Positions 37,764 to 46,738 of a DNA stretch of 64,000 nucleotides are shown in pieces. The DNA lies in the NCBI GenBank assembly GCA_028702895.1, contig JAQVNZ010000002.1, positions 9,296-73,295 on the forward strand. The letters run 5' to 3'. Below the pieces are notes generated by a model. That model searched no databases, was not told the DNA's origin, and was given only the letters and a program-made list of their open reading frames with translations. Position numbers and translations under genes: made by a program. The stretch's first letter is position 1; every line of letters begins with the position of its first letter. The DNA comes from Candidatus Iainarchaeum sp. (GTDB lineage: Archaea; Iainarchaeota; Iainarchaeia; Iainarchaeales; JAAZKV01).

Positions 37764-38758
37764 TTTACTAAAATTCTTTCAACAGTGTCAAGTTTTAATC
37801 CCGATTTTTTTTCTGGTCTTTGACTTTTTCTTATTGAAATACATCTTTTACTTACGCCAGGTATTGATCCTGCAATAATAATATATTTTCCTTTAATAGT
37901 TCCATATCTTGTATAACCACTTTTTCCATTAACATCTTTTATTTCATCAGAAATTTTTAAAATTCTTTTATTATATTCAGTTCTATTGTGGTATCCCATT
38001 TGTCCTGCTCTTGCTACAGTGAACATTACTGTGCTAGGATTCCATGGACTAATACTTCCAACAATTCTTCTTTTCTTTGCTTTTGGTCTTTGTTGTTTAA
38101 TACCAAATCTTTTTATTACTCCTTGAAAACCTTTTCCTTTTGTAACTGCTCTAATGTCTAAAAAATCTTTTTCTTTAAAAACTTCTTCAATATTTATTTC
38201 TTTTCCAAGAACATCTTTAGCATAATTTAATTGTTCTTCTTTTTTGCCACCAATATTAATTTCAACTATATCTGGTTTCTTTTTTAATTCAATTGAGTTT
38301 GGTTGTGTATTAACTAAAAGTGTAAAGTATTCTATTTGTTCCATTTGTTGTTGGAAATCCTGGATAGAAAATTTTTTCTCTTCTTCTTTCTTAACTTTTT
38401 TTGAAACAGGTTTTTTAAAATTAGGTATTTTTCTATCTAATTCTTTATCAAATTTCTCGCTTAAAACATCATTTAATACTTCAAAACCAATTTCTGCTTT
38501 AATATAGGCTCTAATCCCTAAAACTTTTATTGGGGGACATTCAACGATTGTTGCAGGCATATAAACTGTTTGGCCAAAAGTTGGACTTCCTTTATGCGTG
38601 TTCTTTCCAACAACTTGTGTCATTCCTGCTTTGTAACAAATAAAACTAAGTGCTTTTGCTTCATTTCCGCTAGCTTTCATGCTAGGAGTTTGTTTTTTTG
38701 CACGAACTCTAGGGTAAAAGGCCATTGATCCTTTTCTTGATGCGTTATATTTTGCCAT
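37760..38758 (-). CDS. rpl3: Ribosomal protein L3 (uL3)
   Basis: FICYKAGMTQVVGKN...GKGFQGVIKRFGIKQQRPKAKKRRIVGSISPWNPSTVMFTVARAGQMGYHNRTEYNKRILKI. First gene of the L3-L4-L23-L2 array. Confidence 0.9.
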   Translation of the reverse strand: MAKYNASRKGSMAFYPRVRAKKQTPSMKASGNEAKALSFICYKAGMTQVVGKNTHKGSPTFGQTVYMPATIVECPPIKVLGIRAYIKAEIGFEVLNDVLSEKFDKELDRKIPNFKKPVSKKVKKEEEKKFSIQDFQQQMEQIEYFTLLVNTQPNSIELKKKPDIVEINIGGKKEEQLNYAKDVLGKEINIEEVFKEKDFLDIRAVTKGKGFQGVIKRFGIKQQRPKAKKRRIVGSISPWNPSTVMFTVARAGQMGYHNRTEYNKRILKISDEIKDVNGKSGYTRYGTIKGKYIIIAGSIPGVSKRCISIRKSQRPEKKSGLKLDTVERILVK

Positions 38759-38829
38759 TTAATTCACTTTATATAATTTTTATTTTTTATGATTTTTGTA
38801 CGTACCAAAATGAAATTCGATCAAACTTT

Positions 38830-38940
38830 TGTTTGATATGGTATTTACTTTCGCGTACCAGCGAGAGCAGTGTACTCAATATTTTGTTTTTTAACAAAAC
38901 ATTATTTATAATTATTTTTTCCAAAGAAACCTTTATAAAT
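38830..38940 (-). promoter_or_regulatory. Putative promoter/leader of the L3 operon: TTTATAAA element (38932..38939) and a leader hairpin atcaaac-tttt-gtttgat (38830..38847)
   Basis: This is the only intergenic stretch upstream (minus-strand sense) of the ~13 kb r-protein array. A TATA-like octamer lies ~175 nt upstream of the L3 ATG, with a perfect 7-bp hairpin in between. Confidence 0.25.
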
Positions 38941-38997
38941 CAAACTATATTGTTGTTTATTTTTGTTTCACTGTTTATTTTTATTTTGTTGTTTGTT

Positions 38998-40929
38998 TTA
39001 TTCTTTCTTTATTGTATTTTTTTGAGTTTCTTTTTCCATCCAAATTTCCCTATCAGGGTCTGCCGTTTTTGTTGATTCTGTTACTATTACTATTATTGCA
39101 ACTAATATTAGTGCTAAAAAAATTATTCCTATTAATGATGGGTTAATTCCAAACGCGAATAAGCCCATTAAATTATTTTTTGATTCGTCTAAATAAATTG
39201 TTTTTTCTAATCCTTCAAAAACAAATTGAATACTTCCTTTAATTGGTTTGTTTAATTCTACTATTATTTCAGTAAAACTTTCGCCTGTTGGTATAGTAAT
39301 AATTTTGTCGTTGATTATTTGATTTTCTAAATTTGTTTTTAATACTCCTGTGAAAATCTTGTTTGTTGGATTATTAAAATTAATTCTAATTATTTTGTTA
39401 TTTTGGTCAACAATTATTGTTGATTCCATATTAATACTAGTAACAATTCCCGTTACGGTATTATTTACTTGAACCATTTTTGAACTAACGTCACAACCCT
39501 CAATCATGGGTCTAAAAGTAATATTTGTTGTTTTTTGGTTTGTTCCTATTGTTAATTTATTTGATATTGATGCGTTGCTAGGTAATACAATCATGCTTTG
39601 TGATAATTGAGCATTTCCTTCAAGGTAAATAGTTGCTTTTTGTCCAGTGTTGTTTGTTATAGTATAATCCATGGTTCCTGCGTTTTGTATTTGAATATTT
39701 GAAGGAACATTAATTGTTAATCCGTTACAATTAGAAAAACCTGTGTTATTAATCCCATTTGTGCTAGTGTCATTTATTGTAACAAAAAACGTTTTATCGC
39801 CTATGTTAGAATAAGAACAAGTTTTTCCATCACTAAATTTCCCTTGTACTCTTAGTACTTGTTCATAACTTTTTGTGCTAAAGGCGTTATTTGCTATTAA
39901 TTCTAAATAAATGTTTGCGCCATTTCCTGGGAAAGCGTATTGTTCAATATAAAATGGTTTTATGTTTAATCCTGAGTCAATTATTTCTACCTTTGTTATT
40001 TCAAATCTTTTAGTACTTTTATTTTCTAAATAAAATATTTCTTTTGTTGAAGTATTTTCGTTTATTTCAATATTTCTTGTACTAATTCTTATATCATTAC
40101 ATTCTGAACTAGAATCTTGATAATCGTTAGATTGGCCGGTTTCTCTTACTGTCGTTTGAAAGGTTTGTCTTCCTATTTGTGTTTCGCTACAATTAGTTTC
40201 GCCTAATTTTCCTGATATTGCAAATGTTCCGCTAATTGTTTGATTGGTTGATACGCTTGCGGCTCTTAATGTAACATTAACATTTTGATTAGAGTATTTT
40301 CCAATATAATTAGAATAATCAGCACTTCCTGATGCGATTAGTGAATTCGTAAAATATATTCTTAAATTATTTAATTCGAAATTTTTCCCAGTATTATTTT
40401 CTATTCTAAATGTTTTTGTTGTGTCTCGCCCCTCATCTATAGTAAAATCATCTACTATTAATTTTATTCCAGAACAAGAATTATCTTCTACATCAATATA
40501 CGCTTCTCTTAATTCTAATTCGTTTGATCCTTCTAAAATTATTCCTTCTATCTTGTATCTATTATAGTTTGAATTAACACTAAATTCATTATACCATGTA
40601 AAAGAATAATCATCTTGGGTCAAAGTTGCACTTTTTGTAGAAGTGGTTCTAAATAGAGTCCAATCATTAGTGTTCTCATTCCACCTATATATTTTTGTTT
40701 TAGCACTAATGTTGCTTGCACAATTTCCTGATGAACTATTTATTTTAAAAGAAATTTTTAAATCAATTGAGTCATTATTTTCTGCTAAAAGAGTTTCTAA
40801 ATAATCGCCATCTCCGGCTACTCTTAATCCTAAATTAATATTACTCAAATTTATTGAGCAAGCACTAACCATGCTAGTTAATGCGATTAAAAAAAATACT
40901 ATTCCTATAAATTTAATTTTTGTATTCAT
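38998..40929 (-). CDS. Putative cell-surface (S-layer-like) glycoprotein: N-terminal signal peptide, C-terminal TM anchor, very high N-x-S/T sequon density
   Basis: N-terminus MNTKIKFIGIVFFLIALTSMVSACS. C-terminus LIGIIFLALILVAIIVIVTES plus a short charged tail. There are dozens of NxS/NxT sequons and Thr/Ser/Asn-rich beta-type repeats. No enzymatic motifs recognised. Confidence 0.45.
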   Translation of the reverse strand: MNTKIKFIGIVFFLIALTSMVSACSINLSNINLGLRVAGDGDYLETLLAENNDSIDLKISFKINSSSGNCASNISAKTKIYRWNENTNDWTLFRTTSTKSATLTQDDYSFTWYNEFSVNSNYNRYKIEGIILEGSNELELREAYIDVEDNSCSGIKLIVDDFTIDEGRDTTKTFRIENNTGKNFELNNLRIYFTNSLIASGSADYSNYIGKYSNQNVNVTLRAASVSTNQTISGTFAISGKLGETNCSETQIGRQTFQTTVRETGQSNDYQDSSSECNDIRISTRNIEINENTSTKEIFYLENKSTKRFEITKVEIIDSGLNIKPFYIEQYAFPGNGANIYLELIANNAFSTKSYEQVLRVQGKFSDGKTCSYSNIGDKTFFVTINDTSTNGINNTGFSNCNGLTINVPSNIQIQNAGTMDYTITNNTGQKATIYLEGNAQLSQSMIVLPSNASISNKLTIGTNQKTTNITFRPMIEGCDVSSKMVQVNNTVTGIVTSINMESTIIVDQNNKIIRINFNNPTNKIFTGVLKTNLENQIINDKIITIPTGESFTEIIVELNKPIKGSIQFVFEGLEKTIYLDESKNNLMGLFAFGINPSLIGIIFLALILVAIIVIVTESTKTADPDREIWMEKETQKNTIKKE

Positions 40930-41071
40930 ACATATGCTTGTTTAACAAACATTTATAAACGCTTTTCTTTTATTAACTGGAACAAGTTATGTGTGATTTT
41001 TTATTTTTTTGTTAAAATGGGTATTTTTCAGGATTATGCTTAATTAAATCCGTTTTGCAAAAAGTTTATCT

Positions 41072-42022
41072 TTAAGAAATAATCTTTTTCTTTATTTTTT
41101 TGGTTGATTTTTTTATGAAATGTGTTTTATTATTATTTAAAATTAGATATAACATTGTGGTTACATTAAGTTGTATAATTAATAAATATCCTGCAATTAA
41201 ATAAAGTGGCGTCATTAACAAATTATAAGTTGGATCAAACATTAAATTTAATCCAAGCGTTTCTGCTTGTTCTATTGCTGGGGGAGTAATTGCTGTTAAT
41301 GTAGAATATGCTGTCAAAGGCATTGTAAAAATAAGTGTAATAACATAAATTATTGTAAAAAAAACTACTTGAATAACTATAATGTTTAGAATGTTATTTT
41401 TTGTAATATTCCAAGATTCGTTTAGCGCTTTTTTTATTTCACCAGTTTGCACTATGGAAATTTGTGATAAACTTAATCTGATTAATTGATAAGAAATTAT
41501 TGCAAAATAAAGTAATCCCATTAGAAACCCGATTAAAATTAATATGCTTCCAAGTGCTAGGTTTGTTAGAATAGTAAATATTCCAATTGATAATACAGCT
41601 ATTGAAATTATTCCTATTAATAAAAATTTTATTTTAAATAAAGATAGGCTTGCTGTTAAAAATATTATTAATGGCATTAACAAGAATTTAATATATTGTA
41701 TTAAATCTAATTTTTTAGTTTTAATTTTTTTTGTATTTAATATTTCTTGTGTTATTTTATATTCAAAAAAAACTATAATTAAACTAATTGGCATAGAAAT
41801 AATGATTATTAATAAAACAAAATTTACTATTGTTTGAATAAAATCAATTGGTTGGTTTTCTATTATGCTTGTGGAAAAATAATTAATTAAACCCAAATAT
41901 CCTAAAAAGAAAATTAGGTAGATTATAGTTATTATTATTAAATATTTTTTTAATTTTTTGATTTTTAAAAAATCAATTAAACTAAATTTAAAAATTTCAT
42001 TAATGCTTTTGCCTAAATCCAT
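41072..42022 (-). CDS. Polytopic membrane protein, possibly a DUF4013-related paralog
   Basis: 316 aa with at least 8 hydrophobic helices. The N-terminus MDLGKSINEIF... resembles the start of the adjacent gene. It shares a GYL-containing first loop. Confidence 0.35.
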   Translation of the reverse strand: MDLGKSINEIFKFSLIDFLKIKKLKKYLIIITIIYLIFFLGYLGLINYFSTSIIENQPIDFIQTIVNFVLLIIIISMPISLIIVFFEYKITQEILNTKKIKTKKLDLIQYIKFLLMPLIIFLTASLSLFKIKFLLIGIISIAVLSIGIFTILTNLALGSILILIGFLMGLLYFAIISYQLIRLSLSQISIVQTGEIKKALNESWNITKNNILNIIVIQVVFFTIIYVITLIFTMPLTAYSTLTAITPPAIEQAETLGLNLMFDPTYNLLMTPLYLIAGYLLIIQLNVTTMLYLILNNNKTHFIKKSTKKIKKKIIS

Positions 42023-42145
42023 ACTATATTATTGTCTTTTAAGTATTTAAATAATTAAGTATTCTAATAAATTAAATTTTTTTGCGAATAAAGATTTTTA
42101 TTTTAAAAAAAGAAAAAGTGAAGCTTTCGCTTCACAATTTATTAA

Positions 42146-42802
42146 TTATTTGTATGCTTCAGCTACTAAAGTTATAAAGAACACGTATATTACGAATCCT
42201 AATACTGCTGAAACGATATAGAATATTGCTCCTGCTCCTAAAAGTGCTCCTAGCATATTCATTAATTGTGCAGGGTCTACCATTAATGTTGGTAACAATG
42301 CTGCTCCAAATATTGCTATTAGTATTCCTGAAACAAGTCCTGATATTATCATTGAGATAATTGCGGCTACTATTACTGCAATTATGAAATCAGGTTTCAT
42401 TGCTTTTTTTACTAGTTCTGGAACATTAATTGCTGCTACTATACTTTTAGTTTTTGCTAGAGTTAATACTCCTGAAACCATTATGAACATGAATACTATC
42501 ATCCAAACAAAAGCCAAAATTGGGCCTATGATAGGAATGAATGCTAGAATTGTTGCAACTATTGTGAATAGTATTCCGTGAATAAATAATGTTACTATTG
42601 CTTTTAAACTATCAACAACTAATTCCCCAAAATTTTCAAATTTTGGTAATTTTTTGTCACCTTTCATAGTTTTGCTAGCAAGTTTCAATATGTATCCTGG
42701 AATTGTTAATATGTTAACAAGCGGTATTATCATTAAAATCATACCTATTGCTAGTGTTTTCATATCTCCAAATGGTTTTTTTATTGCTGTTTGTAAATCC
42801 AT
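42146..42802 (-). CDS. DUF4013-family archaeal membrane protein
   Basis: MDLQTAIKKPFGDMKTLAIGMILMIIPLVNILTIPGYILKLASKTMKGDKKLPKFENFGELVVDSLKAIV matches my recollection of the DUF4013 N-terminal pattern (M[DE]..A.K.PF.D....IG.IL..IP....GY.L........LP.F.....L..DGLK). This is a recalled pattern, not a database hit. Confidence 0.5.
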   Translation of the reverse strand: MDLQTAIKKPFGDMKTLAIGMILMIIPLVNILTIPGYILKLASKTMKGDKKLPKFENFGELVVDSLKAIVTLFIHGILFTIVATILAFIPIIGPILAFVWMIVFMFIMVSGVLTLAKTKSIVAAINVPELVKKAMKPDFIIAVIVAAIISMIISGLVSGILIAIFGAALLPTLMVDPAQLMNMLGALLGAGAIFYIVSAVLGFVIYVFFITLVAEAYK

Positions 42803-42870
42803 TTTATTACCTCCTTTGCCTTTTACTTTATTATATCATGCAAAAACCCATATTTAAAGGTTCTTGTTTG

Positions 42871-44019
42871 TCAACCTTTACAATTAATAATTGGTTTTAG
42901 TTTTTTTAATATTTTAATACTTTTTTCTTGGGCCTTCATAACTTCATCTATTTTTTTGTAAGCAAAAGGACTCTCATCAATAGTTTTGTTTTCAATTGTT
43001 GCAGTAATTCCGCGCATAGTTTTTTGGAATTCTGTTAAATTAATAGTTTCTTTAGCTTGTCTTTTAGACATGCTTCTTCCTGCTCCGTGGCTCGATGATT
43101 CTAAAAAATCTTTATTTCCTTTTCCAATTACTAAATAACAACCATCTCGCATATTTGCGGGAATAACTCCTTTTTCTCCTTTTTTACTAGGGGTAGCTCC
43201 TTTTCGATGAATAAATTTATTTGTTTTTCCAATTCTTTCTGCGTGATTATGATTTTTATTAGTCCAAATATTCCATTTTAATTTTTCATTTAAAATCAAT
43301 TCAATAATATTTAAAACATTTTTTGTCATTTCTATTCTATTAAGTAAAGCAAATTCTAAACAAAAATCTAAAATATTTAAATATTCTTTTCCTAGAATGC
43401 TATTTGTTTTTATTGCAAAAGTTCTCTCTGCATTTCCTGTTGCATTTTGTAATTCCATAGCCTTTTTCATATAATGTCCTGCAATACGATGGCCTACATG
43501 TCTTGATCCGCTATGAATTATTAACCAAACCTCGTCTTTATAATAATCTATTTCAATAAAATGATTTCCGTGTCCTAGTGTTCCTAAATTACTTAAAGCT
43601 TTTCGTTTTAACCATTTTAATAATTCTTTATCATGTTCTTTTTTTTCTAATTTTTTTAATAATTCTAAAAAATCTTTTTTTGTTTCTTTGCTTACTTTAT
43701 GTTCTGCGTTTAATTTGCCTAATCCCATAGGGATATTTGAATTAATTTCATCAAATATTTTTTTCCTGTTTTTTTTAATTTTTTCTAAAATATTTTTTCC
43801 ACTAATCTTTGTAGCAGTTACACCACAACCAATATCATATCCTACCCAAGAAGGTACAACAAAATCTTTTGTTATTAGAACTGCGCCAATAGGGGCCACG
43901 TAACCAAAATGTGCATCAGGCATTAATGCGCCATCTATTACAAATTCTTCTTTTAAACAATCCGTGAATTGTTTTAAAGTAGGCTCGTCAATATTTTTTG
44001 CGAAAATTTTATTCATCAT
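42871..44019 (-). CDS. rtcB: RtcB-family RNA ligase (tRNA-splicing ligase), short variant (~382 aa)
   Basis: GALMPDAHFGYVAPIGAVLITKDFVVPSWVGYDIGCGV..., GTLGHGNHFIEID, IIHSGSRHVGHRIA and SSHGAGRSMSKRQA are the metal-binding and His-GMP motifs of RtcB. Confidence 0.8.
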   Translation of the reverse strand: MMNKIFAKNIDEPTLKQFTDCLKEEFVIDGALMPDAHFGYVAPIGAVLITKDFVVPSWVGYDIGCGVTATKISGKNILEKIKKNRKKIFDEINSNIPMGLGKLNAEHKVSKETKKDFLELLKKLEKKEHDKELLKWLKRKALSNLGTLGHGNHFIEIDYYKDEVWLIIHSGSRHVGHRIAGHYMKKAMELQNATGNAERTFAIKTNSILGKEYLNILDFCLEFALLNRIEMTKNVLNIIELILNEKLKWNIWTNKNHNHAERIGKTNKFIHRKGATPSKKGEKGVIPANMRDGCYLVIGKGNKDFLESSSHGAGRSMSKRQAKETINLTEFQKTMRGITATIENKTIDESPFAYKKIDEVMKAQEKSIKILKKLKPIINCKG

Positions 44020-44070
44020 AAATTATTTGGGTTAAATAATGTTTAAAATAGTGTTTAAATATTTTATTTT

Positions 44071-44160
44071 AAATTACTATTTGAATTTGGCATATTTCTT
44101 AAATTACTATTTGGTTTTGGTATATTTTTTAAATTATTAGTTAGTTTTTTAGGTTTGGTT
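44071..44160. repeat. Three tandem ~30-bp direct repeats (aaattactatttgRWtttggYatatttYtt) in the rtcB upstream region
   Basis: Units at 44071..44100 and 44101..44130 are about 85% identical. The unit at 44131..44160 is degenerate. Confidence 0.4.
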
Positions 44161-44167
44161 TTTTTAG

Positions 44168-44683
44168 TTAGGTGATATTTATTTGGATTTTTTTCCCAAC
44201 ATCAATTCCTTTTGGTATATCTAGTTTTGCTTCAATAAACCATTTTGTGTATTGATTGCCAATTGTGAACATTTTTAGAGTATTTGCTATTCCACTCATT
44301 GGTCCTTCCATTTTACTTTGTGTGTTTTGGTTTGGCACATTTATTTTAAAATCATAATTATATTCTTGTATTCCATATTCTTTTTCACCATCTATTTGTT
44401 GTGTGAATTCAAATGCTCTAGTAGTTGTTTTACTAGTTCCTATTCCGCCAATACTAGTACTGGTTTTTCTTCCGCTTATTGGTTGCATTCCAAACACGCC
44501 TATTCCGCCAATATTAGCATTTTGTGTTGTTTGTTCTGCAAATATTGTTAGAAATATTCCCTTTGCGTTAGCTGGTTTTTTTAATTTCATTTTAAGATTT
44601 CCTTCTATTACTTCTCCTTGTGTAAAATTAAATTTGTTTAAATTTAATTCTATTTTTCCTTTTTCAAATAAACCAAATACCAT
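44168..44683 (-). CDS. Spo0M-like (arrestin-fold) protein
   Basis: N-terminus MVFGLFEKGKIELNLNKFNFTQGEVIEGNLKMKLKKP and C-terminus TKWFIEAKLDIPKGIDVGKKIQINIT mirror the Spo0M family layout (M.FFKKL...I...LDK..Y.PGE.V.G.V ... KVWV.T.LDI..A.D..D.D.I.V). Confidence 0.4.
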   Translation of the reverse strand: MVFGLFEKGKIELNLNKFNFTQGEVIEGNLKMKLKKPANAKGIFLTIFAEQTTQNANIGGIGVFGMQPISGRKTSTSIGGIGTSKTTTRAFEFTQQIDGEKEYGIQEYNYDFKINVPNQNTQSKMEGPMSGIANTLKMFTIGNQYTKWFIEAKLDIPKGIDVGKKIQINIT

Positions 44684-44825
44684 TTTTGTGCAACTCCTTT
44701 AACTAATTTATAGATTAGTGTTGTTTTGGGGTATTTAAACTTTTTTAAAAATAGTTATGTATACACTTTTGTGTTTTGTTAAGATGAATTATTTTATTAG
44801 AATTAATTTTAAAAGAATTATTTCT

Positions 44826-45143
44826 TTATGCTTTTATTTCTATTTCAAGGTGTACTTCTTCTGGTATTTCTACTCGCATAACTCTTTTTAGTGTTCTTTC
44901 GTCAGCTTGGATGTCAAGTAATCTTTTATGAATTCTTAATTGCCATCTCTCGTATGTTTCTGTTCCACCACCACAAGGACTTTTTCTTGTTGGTATAATT
45001 AGTTTTTTTGTAGGTAATGCTATTTTTCCTGAGTGTTTTGCTCCAGTTCGTTCTGTAACATCTAGTATTTTATTGCATATTTCTTCTAGTTTTTTATAAT
45101 CTGTACTTGATAATTTTATTCTTGCTGTTTGCATTTGTTTCAC
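44826..45143 (-). CDS. rps10: Ribosomal protein S10 (uS10)
   Basis: ARIKLSSTDYKKLEEICNKILDVTERTGAKHSGKIALPTKKLIIPTRKSPCGGGTETYERWQLRIHKRLLDI. Confidence 0.9.
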   Translation of the reverse strand: MKQMQTARIKLSSTDYKKLEEICNKILDVTERTGAKHSGKIALPTKKLIIPTRKSPCGGGTETYERWQLRIHKRLLDIQADERTLKRVMRVEIPEEVHLEIEIKA

Positions 45144-45208
45144 CTACTTTTTTATATTAAATATAAAATTGATGTGAAGAATAGCCCTCACACCAAATCA
45201 ATTTTCAT

Positions 45209-46474
45209 TTATTCTTTTTTTTCTACTTCCAAAATTATTCCTGCTGCTACGGTTTGACCCATATCTCTTATTGCGAATCTTCCTAATTGTGGAAATTCAG
45301 AGAATTTTTCAGCACAAACTGGTTTTACTGGAACAATTTTTACTATTGCAGCATCTCCTGTTTTTAAGAATTTTGGATTTACTTCTGCTACTGCTCCTGT
45401 TTTTGGATCCAATCTTTTTTGGATTTCAGTTAATGTCATTGACATTTGTGCAGTGTGTAAGTGGAATACTGGAGTGTATCCTACTGGTATTGCTGTTGGA
45501 TGATTTAATACAACAATTTGTGCAGTAAATGATTTTACTACTGTTGGTTTATTTGTTACTGGTCCAATTACATCTCCTCTTGCAATATCTTGTGTTCCGA
45601 TTCCTCTTATAGAGAATCCAATATTGTTTCCAGGTCTAGCTTCAGATAATTTTTCGTGGTGTTCTTCAATATCTTTTACTTCTCCTTCTTTTCCAGAAGG
45701 CATTACCACTACTTTTGTACCTGATTTTAAGATTCCTGTTTCAACTCTTCCAACTGGAATTGCTCCAACACCTTTTATATTGTAAACATCTTGAACTGGT
45801 ATTCTTAATGGTTTATCAATTGGTGATGGTGGTGCGATTAAATCGTCCAAAGTTTCTAATAATGTTTTTGGAGCATATTTTAAGTTATCAGTTTTATTAA
45901 CAACATTATCTCCTTTCCATGATGAGATTGGTACAACTTTTATATTATCTGGTTTGTATCCAACTCCTAATAACATTTTTGTCATTTGATCAGCAACTTC
46001 TTTGAATTTTGCTTCTTCATAATTTACTTCGTCCATTTTGTTAACGGCTACTACTACTTGTCTAATACCCATTACTTGTGCTAGGAAGGCGTGTTCTTTT
46101 GTTTGAGGTTGTGGTCCTTCTTTACATGCAACTACTAATACAGCAGCGTCTGCTTGTGAAGTTCCTGTTATCATGTTTTTTACGAAGTCCCTGTGTCCAG
46201 GTGCATCAATAATTGTAAACATATGTTTTTTTGCTTCGAATTTTTTGTAAGAAACATCTATTGTTACTCCTCTTTCTCTTTCTTCTTTAAGGTTGTCCAT
46301 CGCGTATGCGAAAGCAAATGTTCCTTTACCTTTTTCTTTTGCAATTTCTTCTAGTTTTCTATATTCTTGTTCGCTTAAAGCCCCACCATCATATAATAAT
46401 CTACCAACTGAAGTAGATTTACCATGATCAACGTGACCAATGAAAACTATGTTAATTAATTCTTTTCCTGCCAT
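45209..46474 (-). CDS. tuf: Elongation factor 1-alpha (aEF1A)
   Basis: [24 protein letters not shown]...[26 protein letters not shown]...NKMD. 421 aa. Confidence 0.95.
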   Translation of the reverse strand: MAGKELINIVFIGHVDHGKSTSVGRLLYDGGALSEQEYRKLEEIAKEKGKGTFAFAYAMDNLKEERERGVTIDVSYKKFEAKKHMFTIIDAPGHRDFVKNMITGTSQADAAVLVVACKEGPQPQTKEHAFLAQVMGIRQVVVAVNKMDEVNYEEAKFKEVADQMTKMLLGVGYKPDNIKVVPISSWKGDNVVNKTDNLKYAPKTLLETLDDLIAPPSPIDKPLRIPVQDVYNIKGVGAIPVGRVETGILKSGTKVVVMPSGKEGEVKDIEEHHEKLSEARPGNNIGFSIRGIGTQDIARGDVIGPVTNKPTVVKSFTAQIVVLNHPTAIPVGYTPVFHLHTAQMSMTLTEIQKRLDPKTGAVAEVNPKFLKTGDAAIVKIVPVKPVCAEKFSEFPQLGRFAIRDMGQTVAAGIILEVEKKE

Positions 46475-46553
46475 TTTTTACACCTCGTATTTACCTTCCT
46501 TTTAAACATAAACCCCATTCTTTTGGGTAACCTTGATTAATTTTCGTTAAAAA

Positions 46554-46567
46554 AGCTTTATAAAGCT
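46554..46567 (-). promoter_or_regulatory. Perfectly palindromic TATA element agctttataaagct about 80 nt upstream of the EF-1alpha start
   Basis: A 14-bp perfect palindrome containing TTTATAAA. Its position is appropriate for an archaeal TATA/BRE for the tuf-S10 unit, and because it is symmetric it could also serve divergent use. Confidence 0.3.
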
Positions 46568-46738
46568 TCTCTTAAATTTCGATTTATTATACTATTTAAT
46601 TTAGTTAGAATAGTTTTTTAATTCAATCTTGATTTTTGTTTTTAAAAGTAATACTATTTGCGTGATTTATTTTAATTTTTATAAATATTTTATTTAAATT
46701 TTTTAAATATCTTATTTAACTTTTTATGCGTGTTTGTT

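Noticed and set aside
44071-44160. Possible CRISPR array
   Set aside because: Only about 3 copies of a 30-bp unit with no unique spacers between them (units are adjacent), in an AT-rich region. There are no cas genes in the window.
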